From NCBI GenBank assembly GCA_038231435.1, contig JBBRLJ010000009.1:32001-96000 (forward strand): a stretch of 64,000 nt of DNA. Direction: 5' to 3'. The stretch's first letter is position 1. Every line of letters begins with the position of its first letter. Shown here one piece after another: positions 62,662-64,000 of this stretch. The notes below the pieces were generated by a model. It saw only the letters and a program-made list of their open reading frames with translations, did no database searches and had not been told where the DNA came from. The position numbers and the translations under genes were made by a program. The DNA is from Planctomycetota bacterium (GTDB lineage: Bacteria; Planctomycetota; UBA11346).

Positions 62662-62743
62662 GCGGACATGGCGGAATTGGCAGACGCGCCGGATTTAGGT
62701 TCCGGTCCCGCAAGGGGTGTGGGTTCGAGTCCCTCTGTCCGCA
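62662..62743 (+). tRNA. tRNA-Leu (anticodon TAG), CCA not encoded
   Basis: Acceptor stem GCGGACA/TGTCCGC, D-loop GGAATTGGCAGAC, anticodon arm CCGGA-TTTAGGT-TCCGG, long variable arm, TTCGAGT T-loop. Confidence 0.96.
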
Positions 62744-62749
62744 CTATCT

Positions 62750-62794
62750 GTTGGGGGGCTACGGCCCCCCAACATCGCGCTCCGCGCTGCCCCC
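62750..62794. repeat. REP-like element, inverted copy of 9572-9616
   Basis: 45/45 identity to the reverse complement of 9572-9616. Confidence 0.85.
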
Positions 62795-63061
62795 TGGGAA
62801 GGAACGGGTAGGGAGGGCTAGGGGCGCGAACTGCTGATGCTGATGCTGATGCTGCCTGACTGATTGGCGTGTGGTGGTTCTGAGCAATGCCCCAGGTGCC
62901 TTCGCTTAAGTCCTCAGGTTGAAGACGGTTGAATCGTATCACTCACCGCTTTCCGGGGGTTCGGGGGTGGTGTCCCAATAGATGGCTGCGCAGGCACTTG
63001 CTGCATCGGGGGCGGGGATTCGGGCCGATCGGGCCTGAACGTCGCTTCCAGGGGATGCACC

Positions 63062-63826
63062 ATGGTTCCAGCCAGCACCGCCTGCCTTGTCCGCGTGCCT
63101 ATCCAGCGGCGCCGCCGCTCGCTGCGCTCCGGCTTCACGGCGATCGAGCTGCTGGTGGTGATCGGCATCATGATGGCGGTCATGGCGATGGCGATGCCCT
63201 CGGTGATGAATTCGCTACGTCGCGGCAAGGTGAGTTCGGCCGCCACCGACATCATGCAGTGCTGGCGCCAGGCGCGGAACATGGCCTTGATGCGCTCGAT
63301 GCCTGATGCGCCGAACGGAACCGTTCCGAAGCACTACGGCATGATGCTCGTCCAGCATGCAGGACAGCAGTGCTACGCCGCGCTCATCTACGACAACCAG
63401 GCGGCGGCGAACATCTCGAGCACACCCGAGGCATCCGTACTGCGCGCCGATCCGACCAGCGGCAGCACCAGCGACGCGGTGAATCCACCGGTCGCGAAGT
63501 ACGTGTTCAACCGCAATGTCGTACTCGCCAGCGCCGACACCCCGGCCCAGCAGCCTGACACCCACGACCGCGTACTGGTGGTGTACGCGCAGTACCGCAC
63601 CGGCCTGCCCATCTCCCCCGAGGTGGTGGTGGATGGCAAGGCGCCGAACGCGTCGGCGATCGGCGTCGGACTCGCCGACAATCCGACGTTCGGCTTGGTC
63701 GCCGGCACCATCAGCGCGCAGATGCGCTTGCAGACGCTCGACTACACCTTGGGAACGGTCAAGCGTGGGTATGCCGTGGGCGTCACGCTGTATCCGATCG
63801 GCGTCGTCGCGACCCAGGAACTGTAG
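63062..63826 (+). CDS. Prepilin-type (type IV pilin/pseudopilin) protein
   Basis: Basic leader followed by GFTAIELLVVIGIM (class III signal peptide). Confidence 0.85.
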   Translation: MVPASTACLVRVPIQRRRRSLRSGFTAIELLVVIGIMMAVMAMAMPSVMNSLRRGKVSSAATDIMQCWRQARNMALMRSMPDAPNGTVPKHYGMMLVQHAGQQCYAALIYDNQAAANISSTPEASVLRADPTSGSTSDAVNPPVAKYVFNRNVVLASADTPAQQPDTHDRVLVVYAQYRTGLPISPEVVVDGKAPNASAIGVGLADNPTFGLVAGTISAQMRLQTLDYTLGTVKRGYAVGVTLYPIGVVATQEL

Positions 63827-64000
63827 ATGAAGGCTCGGAAGGCCGCGCGCGGATCCGCTCCCATCAGCCGGGTCGTCTGCGCCGGCCCTATCGGCTCCGT
63901 CGCCACCGGCGGCGGAATCAGAGGCATCGGCAATGAGAAGCCGCGCGGCTTCACGCTGTTCGAGGTCGTCATCAGCATGCTGGTTCTGAGCATCGCGGTG
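63827..64000 (+). CDS. Second prepilin-type protein, N-terminus only (runs off window edge)
   Basis: Manual translation MKARKAARG...KPRGFTLFEVVISMLVLSIAV; ATG directly after the previous TAG. Confidence 0.75.
   Translation, partial: MKARKAARGSAPISRVVCAGPIGSVATGGGIRGIGNEKPRGFTLFEVVISMLVLSIAV

Noticed and set aside
62662..64000. tRNA-integrated genomic island
   Set aside because: No integrase and no duplicated tRNA 3' end in the window; cannot be excluded beyond the edge.

Overview
GC-rich bacterial chromosomal window of mostly housekeeping genes. A Planctomycetota/PVC-like origin is inferred from the ECF sigma/FecR pair, large-insert LepB, CNNM-EIIA fusion and prepilin genes; this is not proven. 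About 55 CDS and one tRNA-Leu(TAG) are called: proB, tatC, trpBA, nagB, gap, rsmB, holA, lptB, lepB, purL, ilvC, tilS, gltA, gltBD, leuCD and others. No CRISPR, IS transposase or prophage was seen. The main leads are: (1) a possible split GlmU, where a uridyltransferase-only GlmU coexists with a nagB-linked DUF4954 protein whose beta-helix matches the GlmU acetyltransferase catalytic register by eye; (2) an archaeal-type nitrogen repressor NrpR heading gltBD, behind a sigma54-type promoter and a perfect palindrome; (3) an ECF sigma / FecR anti-sigma whose periplasmic beta-helix resembles the secreted protein downstream, with a shared candidate promoter; (4) an SDR-gluconokinase-LarA-family operon suggesting a mannonate/gluconate epimerase route; (5) an ACP / condensation-like / flavoprotein / lipoprotein cluster running off the left edge; (6) a CCGTAG-tagged REP-like hairpin family and many short intergenic tandem arrays. 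All calls come from motif recognition by eye, with no searches run. Many start codons were moved from the ORF track and are best estimates.
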